Origin: Podarcis vaucheri | Taxonomy: Eukaryota | Strand: one strand, 5' to 3' | Length of the DNA stretch: 64,000 bases | Assembly (NCBI GenBank): GCA_965113315.1 | Contig: OZ220378.1 | Shown: positions 44,778-59,438 of the stretch, piece after piece | Layout of the letters: each line of letters opens with the position of its first letter | Numbering within the stretch: the first letter of the stretch is position 1 | Translations under genes and position numbers: made by a program | Notes under the pieces: model-generated | The model's database searches: none | The model's input: only the letters and a program-made list of their open reading frames with translations | What the model was told of the DNA's origin: nothing

Positions 44778-46542
44778 CGCGAAAACCCGTATCCTGCTCC
44801 TGCTGCTGCTGCTGAGATTTCGCCAGAAGCCGGGAAGAGGCGCGAGGGAGGGAGGAGGAGGAGGAGGAGGAGGGAGTCACTGGCGTCTACGAAACGAATA
44901 ATAAAAAAATGAGCCCCCCGCCCCGCGGATTGATTTTGCGGCGCGCGCTGACGCTTGGTGCCGTACAACTCCGGGAACGGCCTCGCTTGGAAAGGGAGGG
45001 GGCGGGCGGGCGTCGAAACCAAAGCACTGTAAACCGGTTTGAAAAGGATCCGAGGCCAGTCTCTCGAGCGCCTTCCTCTTTCCAGCCGAGCTGGGGGAGG
45101 GGAGGCGAGCTGCCCGTTGGCCTCCCTGAGGCGACGCTGGGCGGCCGTTGGCCTCTCCGCCCGCCTCCGGGTCCCGTCAGGTCAAGGGGCCGCGTGGCCG
45201 GCCTTCACACGCACCCGACACGCCCCGCTGACCTTTCCAACACCTGAGCCTACCTGAATCTTTTAAACACGTTAACATGTGTGTGTGTGAACATGTTGAA
45301 GCGCGCACACGCGTTCTACCTCTCAAAAGGCATTCTTATTCTTCGTTTTTCTGCCGTTTCCACACAGCTGCCATGGGCAGATGCGCCCCCCCCCGCGATT
45401 CTAACAGCACTTTTTAATATACAACATGTTTTTTACACTCTTGGCATGTTCACCTCACGAAGTCTTGCCTGAAGTACAGTCGCTATTGTTGATTTGATTA
45501 ATTACTCTTATCCCCTCAACCCCACCCTTTTATGCCTGCAGACCTGAAAAACAGTTGACAGGATTAAAAGCAATTGAGGCAAGGAACATATAAGCAGTCG
45601 TATGAACTACATCAAACTATTTGAAAGGACCACAGATAAAAGCAAATAAAAAAGCAGATTAAAAACAGATCAAAATCATTGGGGGGGGGGAGGAGAGAGG
45701 AAGGATGGAATACAAAATTGAAGGCTTTGTGGAATAAAAACCGCAACTCTGACACAGAAGAGGCCCAGTGGGTCTTCAAAGGGCGGATATCCCACAGTCA
45801 TACAATGTCACCACCAAACGGCCCTTTCCAATGTTTCTTGGTCTTCCAAGCTGGGCAGTCTTTCCCCTGCTGCCTAGCTGTTGGCTGATAGCAGACAGGA
45901 CTGGATTCTGACTTGTTATAAAACAGATTCCAGTGTGCCTGAGCTGAAAGTGCTTTGATTTGATCTATTTAAGGTCAAACTTCCAGGCATTTCAACTGTG
46001 CATTATGCTGTTTAAGATCATCAGTCTTCCGTAAGTATTGCTGGAACACACAAGAGGACCATGCCTCAACCTCAAGCAGGTGGCACCAACATTATTTATT
46101 TACTACTAGTTGCCTTGTACCTGGCATTGCTTAGGACTGTAAGAAGCTAAAAAAGAAAGTGCAATTTTGAAAGGTTCAGTCCACCATCTTGATTCAAAAT
46201 AGCATCTAATTGTATCCAAACATAGACAAAAACTTGATCTCAGGAACCATCATACAAAATTTGGTTACGATATCTTAAGTGTCCAAATGAACAGCAAACA
46301 AATAGATTATTATTTTTTTAACAAATTATATTTGGGATATCAGATTACAATTTGGGAGGAAGATTAGTTCTTGCGTTTCCCACCCCTGCGTATTGATATA
46401 TACTATAAAACTTGGTGCCAGTGGTGTCCTCTAGATGTTGTTGGACTACAGCTTCTGTTTATCGCTGACCATTGGCCATGCTTTCTGGGAGTAATGAGAG
46501 TTGGAGTCTAACAACATCTGGAAGGCACTACATGATAGGCTA

Positions 46543-46888
46543 GGTAAAGGTACATGCGGGCCAGTCGTGTCCGACTCTGGGGTTGCGCGCCCATCTCGCT
46601 TAAGAGGCCGGGGGCCAGCGCTGTCCGAAGACACTTCCGGGTTACGTGGCCAGCGTGACAAGCTGCATCTGCTGAGCCAGCGCAGCACACGGAAACGCCA
46701 TTTACCTTCCCGCTAGTAAGCGGTCCCTATTTATCTGCTTGCACTTAGGGGTGCTTTCGAACTGCTAGGTGGGCAGGAGCTGGGACCGAACGACGGGAGC
46801 TCACCCCGCCGCGGGGATTCGAACCGCCGACCTGACGATCGGCAAGTCCTAGGCGCTGAGGTTTTACCCACAGCGCTACCCACGTCCC
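46543..46888 (-). mobile_element. Sauria SINE, full length
   Basis: Same head and body; TSD TACATGATAGGCTA at 46529-46542 and 46889-46902. Confidence 0.92.
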
Positions 46889-48192
46889 TACATGATAGGC
46901 TATCTTAATATAAAACAAGTGGTGTTGGCATTCGTCAAATGTTGGAGAATACGCATCAACCCCTTCTTTCTGCCCCCTAATGTTTTTTAACCAGCAAAAG
47001 TATGCACACCAAGGCAGTACTAGAACAGGAAATTCTGCTCCTTCTGAAAAACTGCTTATTAGTACAAAATGCTTCCCTAGATTTTAGAGCAGCTTTATCA
47101 TCCAGTGATAAAAGCTTGTCTGAGAGGGCATGATGGGTCAACACATTTTATCAGGTAGGAGTTAAAATTAGTACTTCTCTTGCCGGAAAGGAGCTAGAAC
47201 CTTGAAAGAAGAATGAACTATCTATGCAGATGCAATCAAAGTGTGGACAGGTCTACAAATAGGCTAATTCTGTCCCTTAAAACCAACATTGAAATATTAC
47301 TCCCTGCCCCTGTTTACCTCTGTGGAATTTAGATGAGAGCATCAGGCTCTCCTGAAGGGATAATAATTTGGAAACGCATGGTGTTTTCTTGACCAATTTA
47401 TCTCTCTTCACTGGCAAGCAAGTTATTTTGGCCTGTCTGTGAGAAGGCATCAAAGCTGATTGTAAACTGTGGAAGCATGAAAGCTTCAGGCAGATTAATT
47501 TTTGAGCTGGAGCAAGCTACAGAGAAATGTAACTAAAAGGGAGCCCAACACATACGAATTCTCTGCTCCCGAGGAGCTGAGATTGCAGTGTGAATGCAGA
47601 GTGGGACCTTGGCAAGAAAGGCAGCACCGCAAGAGGTCAAATTAATTCTCAGTGAAATCCTGTTGGCTTTAATGGAATAAAATCCCTGTTCATTAATCTG
47701 ATGAAGTTGGCCGTCACTCATGCTGCAAGATATCCTTTCACCTCTAAAGTAATCCTGAATATTTTAATAGAGATTATGAAGGCTTTGAATCAGGATACCT
47801 GAAAGCTTAGCATCCAGGTCATGTGAAGTGATAAGAAGGCAAAGAGTTACACTGAGCATGTGCAGATTGTCCCTGTTTCATGGTAGCCGTATCCAGACCC
47901 CCCACAAGTTCCTACTTTAGGTTCCTCATCAGGATTTACCTCTTTCATTAAACCTTTGGCCTAATCTCATAATTCTCACCCTGATCCAAAATTATGTCTA
48001 AAATTTAACTCAATTTCTCACCTACTCTCTGTGTGAAACTTCACTTATCCTTTCTCCCCCCCTTTTTGTCTCCCTCACAATACAAATATAGTTTGTGAGA
48101 AAGACCTATAGTGCAAGGGTTTTTCCACTTCTCTTATTCTGCAAATGTTAATGGCGCTGTATATATGAAGGCGGGAAAGAAATTGAATATAT

Positions 48193-48193
<1 letters not shown>

Positions 48194-48234
<41 letters not shown>

Positions 48235-48254
48235 CCTCCCTCCCTCCCTCCCTC
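48194..48254. repeat. (CT)n followed by (CCCT)n polypyrimidine microsatellite
   Basis: Direct read. Confidence 0.9.
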
Positions 48255-50807
48255 CTATGAAAATACCATATATTGGCTAATGGTACTTAGTGTAATTGTC
48301 CATTCCATTACGGCCAAATATGTTACTTTTAGGTGCCAGGCAAAAATGTTTCTTTTCATACAGGCTTTTGGCCTTTAACTTGGAGTGTTTTAGATTTTGT
48401 GGCCTCCACTAATGGGTGGGATGTGTTGAATTGCCTTTTATGCACATAAATGCTTTTAGCTTTTCTGTTTAGTTTTATCTTGGTTTTATTTTTTATTATA
48501 TCAAATGTGTAAGAAATAATAATTACAAAATATAACTCACTGGACAGAATATTAATCAGCCCTGAATACTAAAATATACACACAAGTACCTTCCACTTTG
48601 GATTATACTATTCTAGTCTATTGACCTGATATTCCTTCTTCATCTATCTGTATTAGAACCAGACCCCAACATTCTGTCATAGGCTGACCTAAACACAGAT
48701 TCAATATGGGACCTGTGAAAGAGGATAGGGAGTCAGACAGAAGCATTCTTGATTCATAATGGACGGAAAATGATCCCATTGCTTTGTCCGCTATAAGTTA
48801 ATTGCTTGTTTTCTTCTCCTATGGAGAAAAAGCTGTGCATGAGGTCAATGAGGGTAGCATTGCTCTCTGCTCTGACACTAGATGACCCAACCCTCTCTGA
48901 CAGGCTATATATTGGACTACAACTCCCATCCGTTCCAGCATGATCCAGAGAATCATGGGAGTTTGTAGTCCGAAACATCTGGAGAGCATCTGGAGAGCAT
49001 CAGATTAGTGAAGGCTGCCATGGGGTGTAATTTTCCATTTCCTCCAAACCTGAGTGGTGCCAAAGGAGGATGTTTTGGGACAGGAGTTGGAGCAGCCAAG
49101 GAGCTGTCCAGCAGAATCTGGAAGGCTGGGCAGGGGACCTCCCCCTCACAGCTGTTGCACCAACGATTTGCAATCAGTAACTGATGGTTTTACAGTAGAC
49201 CCGGCTCTGCCTCTTCTGGCATCTCCATGGGGCTCTGATCCAGAGCATGCACTAGTACGTACCTGCTCTTCCCGAGCAGGACTGAGGACATGGAGGCTTC
49301 AGTCTTCCAAACAAACATTTGGTCCCTCATTATTGCAGCCTTCTCAAGAGGGGAATATTTAAGTTCTTTCTTAGGAGTTGTTAACTTCCCAGGGTCCCCA
49401 TCTGTGCTGGGGCTCAAAGTTGGGTTCTGCTTCTCCTTTGTGGAGAAAGTCTGGTTTGGTTCAGGGTCTGCACATAGGCTGGTACTGATACAGATTCATT
49501 TTGGTATTTAGACAGAGGACATCCTCCACTCCCACTCCAGTCTTTGCAATGCAGAAGCTTTCCATCTGCATACATCCTGCCCATCATCATGGTGGGTATT
49601 TCACTAGCAAAGAGTTGCAATCATGTGGCATTAGGAGGAAGGCATTTCAGTTCAGAGAGTGTGGCTTGTTTCAGGCCCCAGCACTGAAGTACTGCAGAAT
49701 TTGTAGATACAGAATGAATCAGGGTTTCCATCTTCGTTGCCACAAAGTGTTAGTGGGTAAAGCATTTTTAAAAAATGAATGAAAGCAGAAATGGGATTTG
49801 GTCTCAAGAAGGACATCTGCTTAAAATGATCATGCACTCACCCCACATTATGTCAGGTGGCAGATTTGTTAGTTATGCTGGTGGCTGTCCTCAATATGTG
49901 TGACAATGGAGTTCTCTTTGATGCTCAAATGTCAGGCCAGTGTTTAATGGCTTTGGCTGGAGTTAAGCAAAGCACAGGAGGGTGCCATTCAAAATCCCCA
50001 TGCAGTTCAGTCAGTTCATCCAAATGCTGACCTGCAATGCCCTTTCTATTTCAGGTCTGGGCCCCATCCATATAGATGCAGACAATATTCAACCTTCTCC
50101 CCATCAGACAATAGCCTAGACTGTTGTATGTGTGCAGATGGATAAATAGGGCTATACTTAAGTGTCCACTGCCATCCAGGTTGAAACCAGGTAGTTCCAT
50201 TATGTTTTAATCCAATTTTAGCTACAGTTCTTAAGCTGTGGAGTTCAATTCAGATACTATATGACCAGACCACTGTGACTCTCAGTGTTTGTTGCTGTTG
50301 TCATAACTGCTCACAGAAATTAAGTTCCCAATGATCCTATAACTCAGCAGTGAAAAAATGTGAGCGGAAAACTATTTTAACTTTCCTATTGAGTAAAACA
50401 TAGATGGTGAAATGGTGGTAAAGGAAACTAATCTATTCCTCCTACATTTTAGGCCATGTGCACGCAAACAGGTCTCCTCCACTGGTTGCTGTGACAGGTA
50501 GGATTCGGTGCTATCTCAGCAAGTGAAGGAGGAGAGAGCAGAAAGCTGTTGTTGGAGGAATCCATTAGCAGCTCCTGGTTTTGATTCTTTTTGTGGGCTC
50601 TCATGTACCCAAGTAACATTGGGCCCACTCACAGCAGCTGCCACCCACCCACTTTCCTACCACCTCGGTAGTTAGGTAATTTAGGACTCTGGACTTAACC
50701 AACTGACACCTGCCCCTCCCCTCTGGGCCCATTCTCCACAGTGGGGCAGAAGCAGATAGTGACAGTGAAGAGTGGATGGAGCAGCAAGAGTTGCTGAAAT
50801 TTCCCAG

Positions 50808-51040
50808 GGAACATAAGGACATCAGAAGAGCCCTGTTGGATCAGACCAGAAGCCCATGCAGTCCAACATCCTGTTATGCTGCTGGCCCACCAGGTGCCGA
50901 TGGGAAGCCCATCAGGAGAACAGGAGTGCAAGAGCTCTCACTCACTGTTGTTCTCCAACAACTAGTATTCAGCGGCAGGCTGCTGCCTTCGTACATAGCC
51001 ACCATGACCAATAGCCCTTGATAGCCTTATCTTCCATGAA
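50808..51040 (-). mobile_element. CR1-like LINE 3' end fragment (degenerate)
   Basis: GAACATAAGGACATCAGAAGAGCCCTGTTGGATCAGACC...AGTCCAACATCC resembles recalled CR1 3' tails. Confidence 0.5.
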
Positions 51041-54000
51041 CCTGTGAATCCCATCTCACAGGTAGGTAAGTAGGCTAGGGTAGCAAAACAGGAGCAGTAA
51101 GATGGCCACTGCTGTCCAGCAGCACATTCAAGAGGGCTGCCATCAGTGGAGGAGGCTTGTGCCAGTGGAGGGGGGGGGTGCAGCTGCCCTGCTATGCCAA
51201 CCACTGACACTAGTCTGGGTCTGGGGGATTGACTGGGAGGCTAAATTAGAAAGCTGTAGGCCTGCGTTGCCGTCTGGCAGCCTATAAACATTGCCTGCAA
51301 TTGCATAAAAATTAGAAGATGATAAAGCTGCATTTCTCTGATAGAATAAAACAGTTTAAATATAGCAACTATAGTTGGGTATTTTTGTAGTCATCTTGCT
51401 CTTTGATATCATGGGAATATGTCAAGCTCTATTTAAGAAGCTTAAAGCTTTGAACTACTTTTTTATTTTAAGAAATACATTTTAGGTGATTGGAATAGTT
51501 GTACAAACCCAGTAAGGGAAAACTTCTCATATGTTGTTTTAAGTGTATGTAAACGGAACAATTATTTGTGTGTCTGTGTGTATTATCTTTCTTGCCAGGC
51601 AATAGTGGGTGTTCCTGTTAGCATCAGGAGGTTGAAACTGGCAAGAGTCCTGAGATTATGGCTTCAGAAGGCAGCAGCTGAATTTCAATGACTTTTCCAA
51701 CGGGCCTTTCATCCCTCTCTGCATTTGTTCACAATATAAGTAATGCCGGTGAATCAGTTTCTATGAGCTGTGGGATGAAGAGTCAAAGTCTGGGTTGTTG
51801 GTATGTTTCATTCTTTAATTCTCCCCCCCCCAAGCCTCCACATTAATATTTTGTTTGTCAGGAACATTCCTGTTTGGAACCAGCTTTCAAAACTGTCCTA
51901 TCCATTGCCTCTGCGTGATTGAATTTTGTATGTACCTACCTGGATCCTGAGATCATCAGTTGTCCTTTTCCCAGTATCCCCATAAGCTAATATATGAAAG
52001 GTGGCAAAGAGAAAGAAGTAATTTTGAGAGGTAGTTCCTGGTTATGGAATACCCTTCCCTTGAATGGCTTACCTGGCACCAAATTTTCAGCACCAGGTAA
52101 AGTCCCTCACTCTGTCAAGGCCAGTTAATTATCTGCATTTCACTGTTTTAGGCTGTGTGGCTTTAGCTCTGTGTGGATTTCTGCTAGCTGCTGGATTATA
52201 TAATTTTTGTTAAATTGTGTTGATATTTTCTCTGATGTCATTTGGCGTTTTTGTGTTTTTGTGCTGCTACTGGTTGATCTTATTATTATTGTAGTCTATT
52301 TTATGCTGTGCATTTTCTATACAACCTTGGGTAGTGGGTCACTAATAAATGCAACACACATACATTATTTAAAAATTCAAATTCCTTTTGGACATGAAGT
52401 TTGTGGTGAAGTCACAATGGGATGATTTTATCTTGTCAATTTTGTGTACTGAATATTTATTGCAAGTCACAGCCTTCTCCAGTCCTACACCACTAGCCCA
52501 GGTGCTTTTGGCTCCCTGAAATGTGTCCTCAAACTGTGATATTGCCTCTTGCTTGTCTTGGTGAAAAGGTGTGTGCATGTGTGTTTCTAAACCCCTGGCT
52601 TTTGCAAAGTCAAAGGGGGTCACAACGGTTGCTTTGCTCATTCAGAGAATCTTGCTCTCTCACTTTTTGCTGCAGTCCTGCCCACCACTGACATGCCAGC
52701 CCCAGAAGAAATGTGGTCCTCAGGTTGAAAGGATTTCAGTGGAACCATAGTAGCCCCAACTCCATGGGAGTCAATGACAAAGGCAGCAGCGCCCATTGAA
52801 ATGAAGAAGTGCCTCACTGAAAAGTGGTGCTAATAGCGACAGTAGAATTGTTTAAGGCTCAGTCTGAGAACGACCGTTGCTGAAGCAACATTTGAGCTCT
52901 GCTCTTCCAAATTCTCCAGCCTGAGCCCTGCACAGAGTTCTCCAGGGTGCTACTGAAACTTGCCTTGCCTCTGTGCTGCTAAGGCTGCTCCTCAAATCAG
53001 AATATTATATTGCAGAGAAATAAAAAGAAAACTTGATGGCTTCTAGAAAGACTTGCATTTCTCATTTCTGCTGTTTGTTCCCTGGTTATTCCTCATTTGG
53101 ACGACTAGGAGCTTGTCTACCCCAGAGTTCACTATGCGTTCATTGTGTCTTTGCATTTCCATTTAATTTGCATAGTCCACAAGTAATTATCTTCAAACAC
53201 CACCAATATTGTTGATTCTCCACTGTGAATTTGGGGTTACCCAATATGGAGATAATCCAATAAATTGAGGGAAATTGATCTCTAAACTTCTGCACTTGAG
53301 GGTCACAGATTATTTGGGGGTTTTTTGTGTGTGGGGTGGATGGCTTAGTCTTCACTTTCTGCCACTACTTCCTCAATGCTTTCATTGCTTTTCTGGCTGT
53401 GCTTGTAACAACATGCAGTGCTCTCCTAAATGAAGGAGCTCACTCTTGATCCCTCAGATTTGCATGAAATCAAAAAAATGCAAAGCAAACCACTCCATAG
53501 GATTGTGCTGAGAATTTACAATTGCCTGACTCTGTGCTTTTGTGCACTTCCTGGGCAGGGTTTTATTTTTTAAGGTGCCTGCACAGCTATTGATGTGCAT
53601 GCCCTGTTGGTACTTAATCAGCATAATAGAAGAAAGATATTAGAAGATGGGGACATACAGAAAAGGTAACCCCTACTGGTATGAATGAGAAAGACCCAAC
53701 TAGCTCCTGACATACAAATCCAAGCATGTGCGGGTGTAGATGACTGGCCTAATTTGAAGGTGGGGGAGCGGATTAACAGCTAAATAATGCTCAAACACAG
53801 ACAAGCCCTACTAATGTACTGTATATTGGCCATCTTGGTTTGCCATGCAAAGAAGTGCTTGACTCCCCTCTCAGGCTCTGCACTTTCATTTTTGGTTCTG
53901 TGTTGCCAGCAACAGTTTGCTGTATGACATTTTCTCAGTAGGTTTATTCTTACTAATGTTGCCTCTATAATGTTTTTTTTAAAAAACGAATTCAACTAGC

Positions 54001-55605
54001 TCAGCCCCCCAAAATATATGACAATAAAAGCTCTATATTAACAAGGTGAAGTGAAATAGGAATGTACTTCCTCCCTGCCGCTGTGCTCCCCCCTTCCACT
54101 GTGTGCCGAAAACTGCCCCCTCTTGTTTCTGTAAGAGCAGGGAACGTTCCACAAGAGCTTGGTGCTTGACTTCTCTGCCCCAGGGGCAAGGAAGATGAGT
54201 AGCAATGCTGCATGCCAGAACACTTGCCTGTCATTGGAATTCAGTGGGGAGGGGATGTTCCAGTGGTGGTGGAAGTGGTGGGGCAAGAGTGGTGCCGCCT
54301 CTTGCACTTCCACTGCCTGAGGCAGCTGCTTCACCCCACCTAATGGGTGAGCTGGCTCTGCATTGACAAGTTTCTCCTAAAACCCAGCCACTTAGACGGG
54401 GGCCTAACCTATAACCCTCCAGATGTTGTTGGACTCCAACTCCCATCAGCCCCTGTCAGGATGGTCAACCGGGATGGGAGTCACAAGTCCAACAACATCT
54501 GGAGGGTTACAGGTTCTGCAGCCCTTCTCCAAAGATTTAACCTAAACAGGATATGCCCAGAAGAGACTTTGAGCCCAGAGAACAACATTCACAGAGAGTT
54601 CCCAGAGCTCAATATTTTGAGGCTCAGTGTCCTGCTTTTCTCTTTGCCTTGTGCATAGCTCTTATCTACGTCAGAGGGATTTATATGCTCACTGAAATTG
54701 TCCTGACCTCCAAACCCTTTTCTATTTTAGGCTGTTTGACTTCTTGACATTTTCCCGGTTATTCTCAGATGTTTTGCTGCATTCTACCTAAAGCTACACT
54801 ATGCTGGAGACACATGTAAAGCCAACAGCTTTCCCTCTTTAGAGCCATTTAGTTATTTGATTCAGAAAAACGGGTTGCCAGGTTTTAGAATATTCCTGCC
54901 TGGCTGTCTCAATTCCTTTAGCAGCCTGGCATGCTAATAGGAAGTAGGTGAAGCATTTCCTGGCATGGAGATAAAACTATGAGGAAAGCTTTCACTTGCT
55001 AGATTTCTGGGTCAGACATAGGAGTAGAGACAGAAAAAAGTTGGCATTTTTATTCAGAACATTCCACTGCAATTCAATTAACAGTTGGCTGTATTTTAAC
55101 AGGTTTTTTAAATAAAAGAACCCTCTTGCGGATTGCACAAACATGAATTGCAAAAGCAATATTAAATGTGCACTTCCAGATACAATTTTTTTGGGGGGTG
55201 GGGGGTGAAGGATCAATATCTACATGGCAGTTATTGGGAGTACCTGATCCTCTTATGAGCGCATTTGCTCTCCACATCACACACAAACAGAAGTGCTTGC
55301 TTTCATGGGATAGGACTCAGTGATTCAGGTCTTGGTAGGAGGAATTGCAAGGCAGAATCAAGGCAGGAACAGGCACCCAGGTGAGCAGGTAGAAGTCAAG
55401 AAAACTGACAAGTCAAGGGGTGGCACCTTGGGGGTGGAATGAGGGCATGGACCAGCCCTGCCCTGTTGTGCTAAAACTATCGTTTTAATGGGGATGGGGT
55501 TTTAACTTGGGTGGATGTTGTTTATTTGTGGGGATATTTTAAATTGTTCTTAAGCATTATATGTTAATTTGTATTATGTATTTGTATTTTTTGGTTATAC
55601 AAGGC

Positions 55606-55846
55606 CAGGGCTCAGCAAGGTTTACCTCATCTGGGACAGTTCACTCCAGCGGAGATCCGTCTGTGGGCCGGATTGCCCACGATTTCTGGCGTCTGCATCT
55701 GCACAGACATGAGTCCCTGCGTTGTGCTGCGCCGGTTTAGCACAGTGCGTGGGGACTCACTCAGCGGTTTGGGAGTGGCTTGTGGGCCGGTTAAATGATC
55801 CACGTGGGCTGCTTGTGGCCCATGGGCCTTAGGTTGCCTATCCCTG
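55606..55846. mobile_element. hAT non-autonomous DNA transposon with ends related to the 28143 element
   Basis: CAGGGCTCAGCAA...TTGCCTATCCCTG; perfect 8-bp TSD TACAAGGC. Confidence 0.88.
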
Positions 55847-56927
55847 TACAAGGCTGATTAATATTCTACAGCCTTTTAAATGTGTTTGTGGGAGGGGGTA
55901 TTATTGTTTTGTTGTTTTTATTCAAACTATTTATTTGTGCTTTTACCTTGTATTTTTATCTTGTGAACTGCCCTGAGATCTTGTAATGAAGGGCAGAATA
56001 TCCTAATAAATTACTGCTGCTACTACTACTAATGGTTGCAGAACATGAATGTTTTCCTTGGGCGAATGGAACTGGATGGGCATCATTACGGGACGTTCAG
56101 CAGAGCTGCCAGCTTTTAAATAGCTGAAATCAGAGGCACCAGGTGCCTGGAAGTCCTTCAAGGTTGTTTCCAGGGAGCAGGAGCCACTGCGGAGAGCAAG
56201 AGAAATACATAAAAATAGCTTCAACATTTCCCAGCAAACCCATCAGCTTTTTCTCGCCTTAGACCATACCAAAATAGAAAATAATTAACTGGGAGCAAAA
56301 TGTGTGACCTAATGTGTATGTGTGTGTATGCAAGGGAGAGTGCTGGGAGGTTTGGAAGTAATTAGATGCAAAGCTGCTAATATTCCATTAAAATATCTGT
56401 GGCTTCTCAGTGCAGTCAGGAAAAGTTAATCTATTCTGTGCCATTAATACTAAAGCATCGGTTGTCAGAAGCTTCATTCCACAATCTCTTCCACACTTGC
56501 ACATTTCTTTGCCCACTAGGCTGAAAGTCTGACTGGGGATGGAGCTGTGTAACCACGGGCAGTACAGAATCTGGTCAATGGCATGACATTGGACATTGAG
56601 AGATCTCCGCTTCAGTCTTGGTTTTGGACAAAGGTATTTGAAACACATTGGCCTTGTCTGGCAGTGACGCGCTGAACAGCAGCGGTGGCCATGGAGAGGC
56701 AACGGGATGCAGCCTCATAGTTCCTGCAGCCACAGCCGCCATCGCTTGGGACAAGTGGCAGCTCATCCTCCTCCCCAAACCTGGCAGCAGTAGCAGTGGC
56801 GGGGGAAAGAGGGACTGTCCCTGGAAAATAGGAACACTTGGGAGGGTATGAGAAGAGTTTACCAATTAGGGTGGGGGCACACCATGCATGTAAAACACAT
56901 TCCCCCATCCCTAGAAAGAATTTTGGG

Positions 56928-57075
56928 CAGTGGCGTAGCGTGGGGGGTGCAGGGGGGCCAGCCGCACCGGGTGCAACATCTGGGGGGGTTGCGCTCGCAC
57001 TCGCAGCTCTCTGCCCCTTCATGGGTTAGGGGGCGCAAATTACTTGCCTTGCTGACAACCCACGCTACGCCACTG
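56928..57075. mobile_element. hAT MITE (148 bp)
   Basis: Perfect 17-bp TIRs CAGTGGCGTAGCGTGGG / CCCACGCTACGCCACTG; perfect 8-bp TSD ATTTTGGG. Confidence 0.92.
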
Positions 57076-59385
57076 ATTTTGGGAAAGTCTGCTGGGAATT
57101 GTAGCTCCTTGAGAAAACTACAATGCGCAGGATTGTGTGTGTGTGTGTAGGGGGTGCTTTTAAATGTATGTTGTATACATAGTGAGCTCCCACAATGAAA
57201 TGTGCTTTCTCCTCCATGATTTATACAGTTCCAGCAGTCTAAGGCAGCTCCACAGGAGAGACTCTTGGTATCAGTCTTGACTACAACTGTTGTTGTGGCT
57301 GAGAACCTGTTAAGGAACACACCCAGTACCAAACAGCAGACAAGCCACCTAACACTTAAATCACAGGAAATCACGGAGCTACAGGAACAATCAGACTTCA
57401 TGGCCAGGCTTTTAAAATCTAAACAAGGAAGGCTTGTCACAAAAGGTTTGCAAAGGCATTATTAGGGGAATTGCTCATTGCCCTCTTTGGATTAGATGAC
57501 CCATTAATGTTCTGAGGAAGTGATACTGGAGTAATAAACATCTAATGTAAACCCTAATCTCTCTAACCTCTCAACGGCTGGCAGTCAGGAGGATTTCCTG
57601 GCACTAAATGTGAAATTTGGCTAGGTTATCGGGAAATCCCATACCTCACGTCTGGGTTGGGGGCGTTGACATACAGTGGAGATGTTTTCCTGCGACTTTG
57701 ATATATGAGTACATTCAGTTTGCTTTCTTGCACCTTTATCTGAGGATTCCCTTTTGGAATTCAACCCGTTCTAAAGCTGCACCTGTTTTCCTGGGTGATG
57801 CTGATTGGTTACGTCTCAGCTAATTAATTTATAGGTGATGTGCACCAGTCACCTCCTGGGGTAATTGCCAGCTGACCCTAACTGCAGTTTTCAGCGTGGG
57901 GACCTTGTATTTTATCAGTAAATGGCAAAATGCATGTCATTATGACAGGGCTGAGGAGAGTCCTGGGCTTGTACGCTGTAAGAAGAAGCCTTGCAGGTGA
58001 AGTGTGTGCCTCTGGCTGGTCTGCACACAGACACCTCCTGCACCACCCCTGAGGGATCTTGGTTAGTGGTCAGGGTAAGAAGCAGGTGCTGCCCTCTGCA
58101 TAACATACCCAAGTTCTTTTCACAGGAAAAATGAATTGTGACCAGCACCTTATGCAAGAGAAAATAAGAGGGCTCCATCAGGTATACTGATGGGGGGGGG
58201 TCAAAGATGGCCCCTGCTCCTAGTGGCCTGTCTTCAGCTGCACAGCCTGTCCTGGTCTTGGTCACTTGAGGCTGGGAAGGTGACTTTCATACAGATAGAG
58301 GACAGATTGGTGTTTGTGTTTTTATTCAAGCCCAGTGAGCTAATCCTGCACTCAGCTTTCAGATTCCCCATTCTTTCCCAATGGACTAGTTACCAAAAAA
58401 GAAAATCCAGCCCTGCTGCAGGCCTGTATTAAGAACCTGACCAGGAAGCTGTAGTTAATTACCAACCTCTGTGTGCAGCCTGAATCAGCAGCCAGACAAC
58501 ACAGTGTTGACCTCAGAGCTTGTGTTGTCCTGGGGACGGGGGGAGGAGGGGCACAGGATGGGAAGGAAATCGTTTAACATTTTTGGATTACAGACTGACA
58601 GGCTTGAGAAGCCTGCACATAGCATAGAGGAAAGACAAATCATACTTCACTTCAAAGCCAAGAGGAATTATCTTAGGGTAGCTGCAGGAACCTTTTTCTA
58701 CAGCAAGTGCCTTTCCAATTGCCAGCTCTGACAGAGTGCTGGTCTCCTTTTACAAATGATGGTTTCCCTTTTCCAACAGCTCAGTTCTATGCATGCTTAC
58801 TTAGAGGTAAGCACCATTTTGTTCAGCAAGTCTTACTTCCAAAAAAGCATGCATAGAATTTCAGCTGGGAGCTGGATCTTACCTTTGTGAAATGTAAACA
58901 ACACAACCGATTTTCTTTTCTCTTTCTCTTGAGGATACCATGAAGTATGTGTGGAGTAAGAAGCAAAATACTAGAAATTTAGCTAGTCATGTTTTGTAGC
59001 CAGTTTTGCTGCATACCTGAGTGTGATGACCTCAAACAGCCATTCTCTGGGGCTTTCATGTGGGTTATAGCAGGACAATATCTGGGAGGCAGGGAAACCA
59101 GAAGAACGGATTCCTGGTAAGAAACCTGCTTTGTCATAACTGGAAACAGCACATCACTTTTATTTATTCTGTGTGAGGAATTTGCTCCCTTAGACACAAT
59201 GGCTAGAAATTTTCAGTCATTCCTCCTCCTGGTGGTCTGCCAGCACAGATAGACTGCAACTCTTCAGTATCAAATGCCTGTTATCGCCTACCTACACAGT
59301 ATGTTCAGAAGGTATGTGGAACCTCTGACACTTTAGCTGTTGTTAGATTCCCCACTGACCCTGGCAGCATAGCTGGTGGTCAAGG

Positions 59386-59438
<53 letters not shown>

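Noticed and set aside
49054-49837. Cluster of 60-100 aa ORFs on both strands with a CAG|GTACGT donor near 49262
   Set aside because: No recognisable domain, frames do not join, and no partner exons found; an unannotated lncRNA or decayed element cannot be excluded without RNA-seq
45400-59300. Exons of a neighbouring gene such as IFT81 (upstream of ATP2A2 in mammals, by recall)
   Set aside because: No peptide I could recognise; region reads as intergenic with decayed repeats
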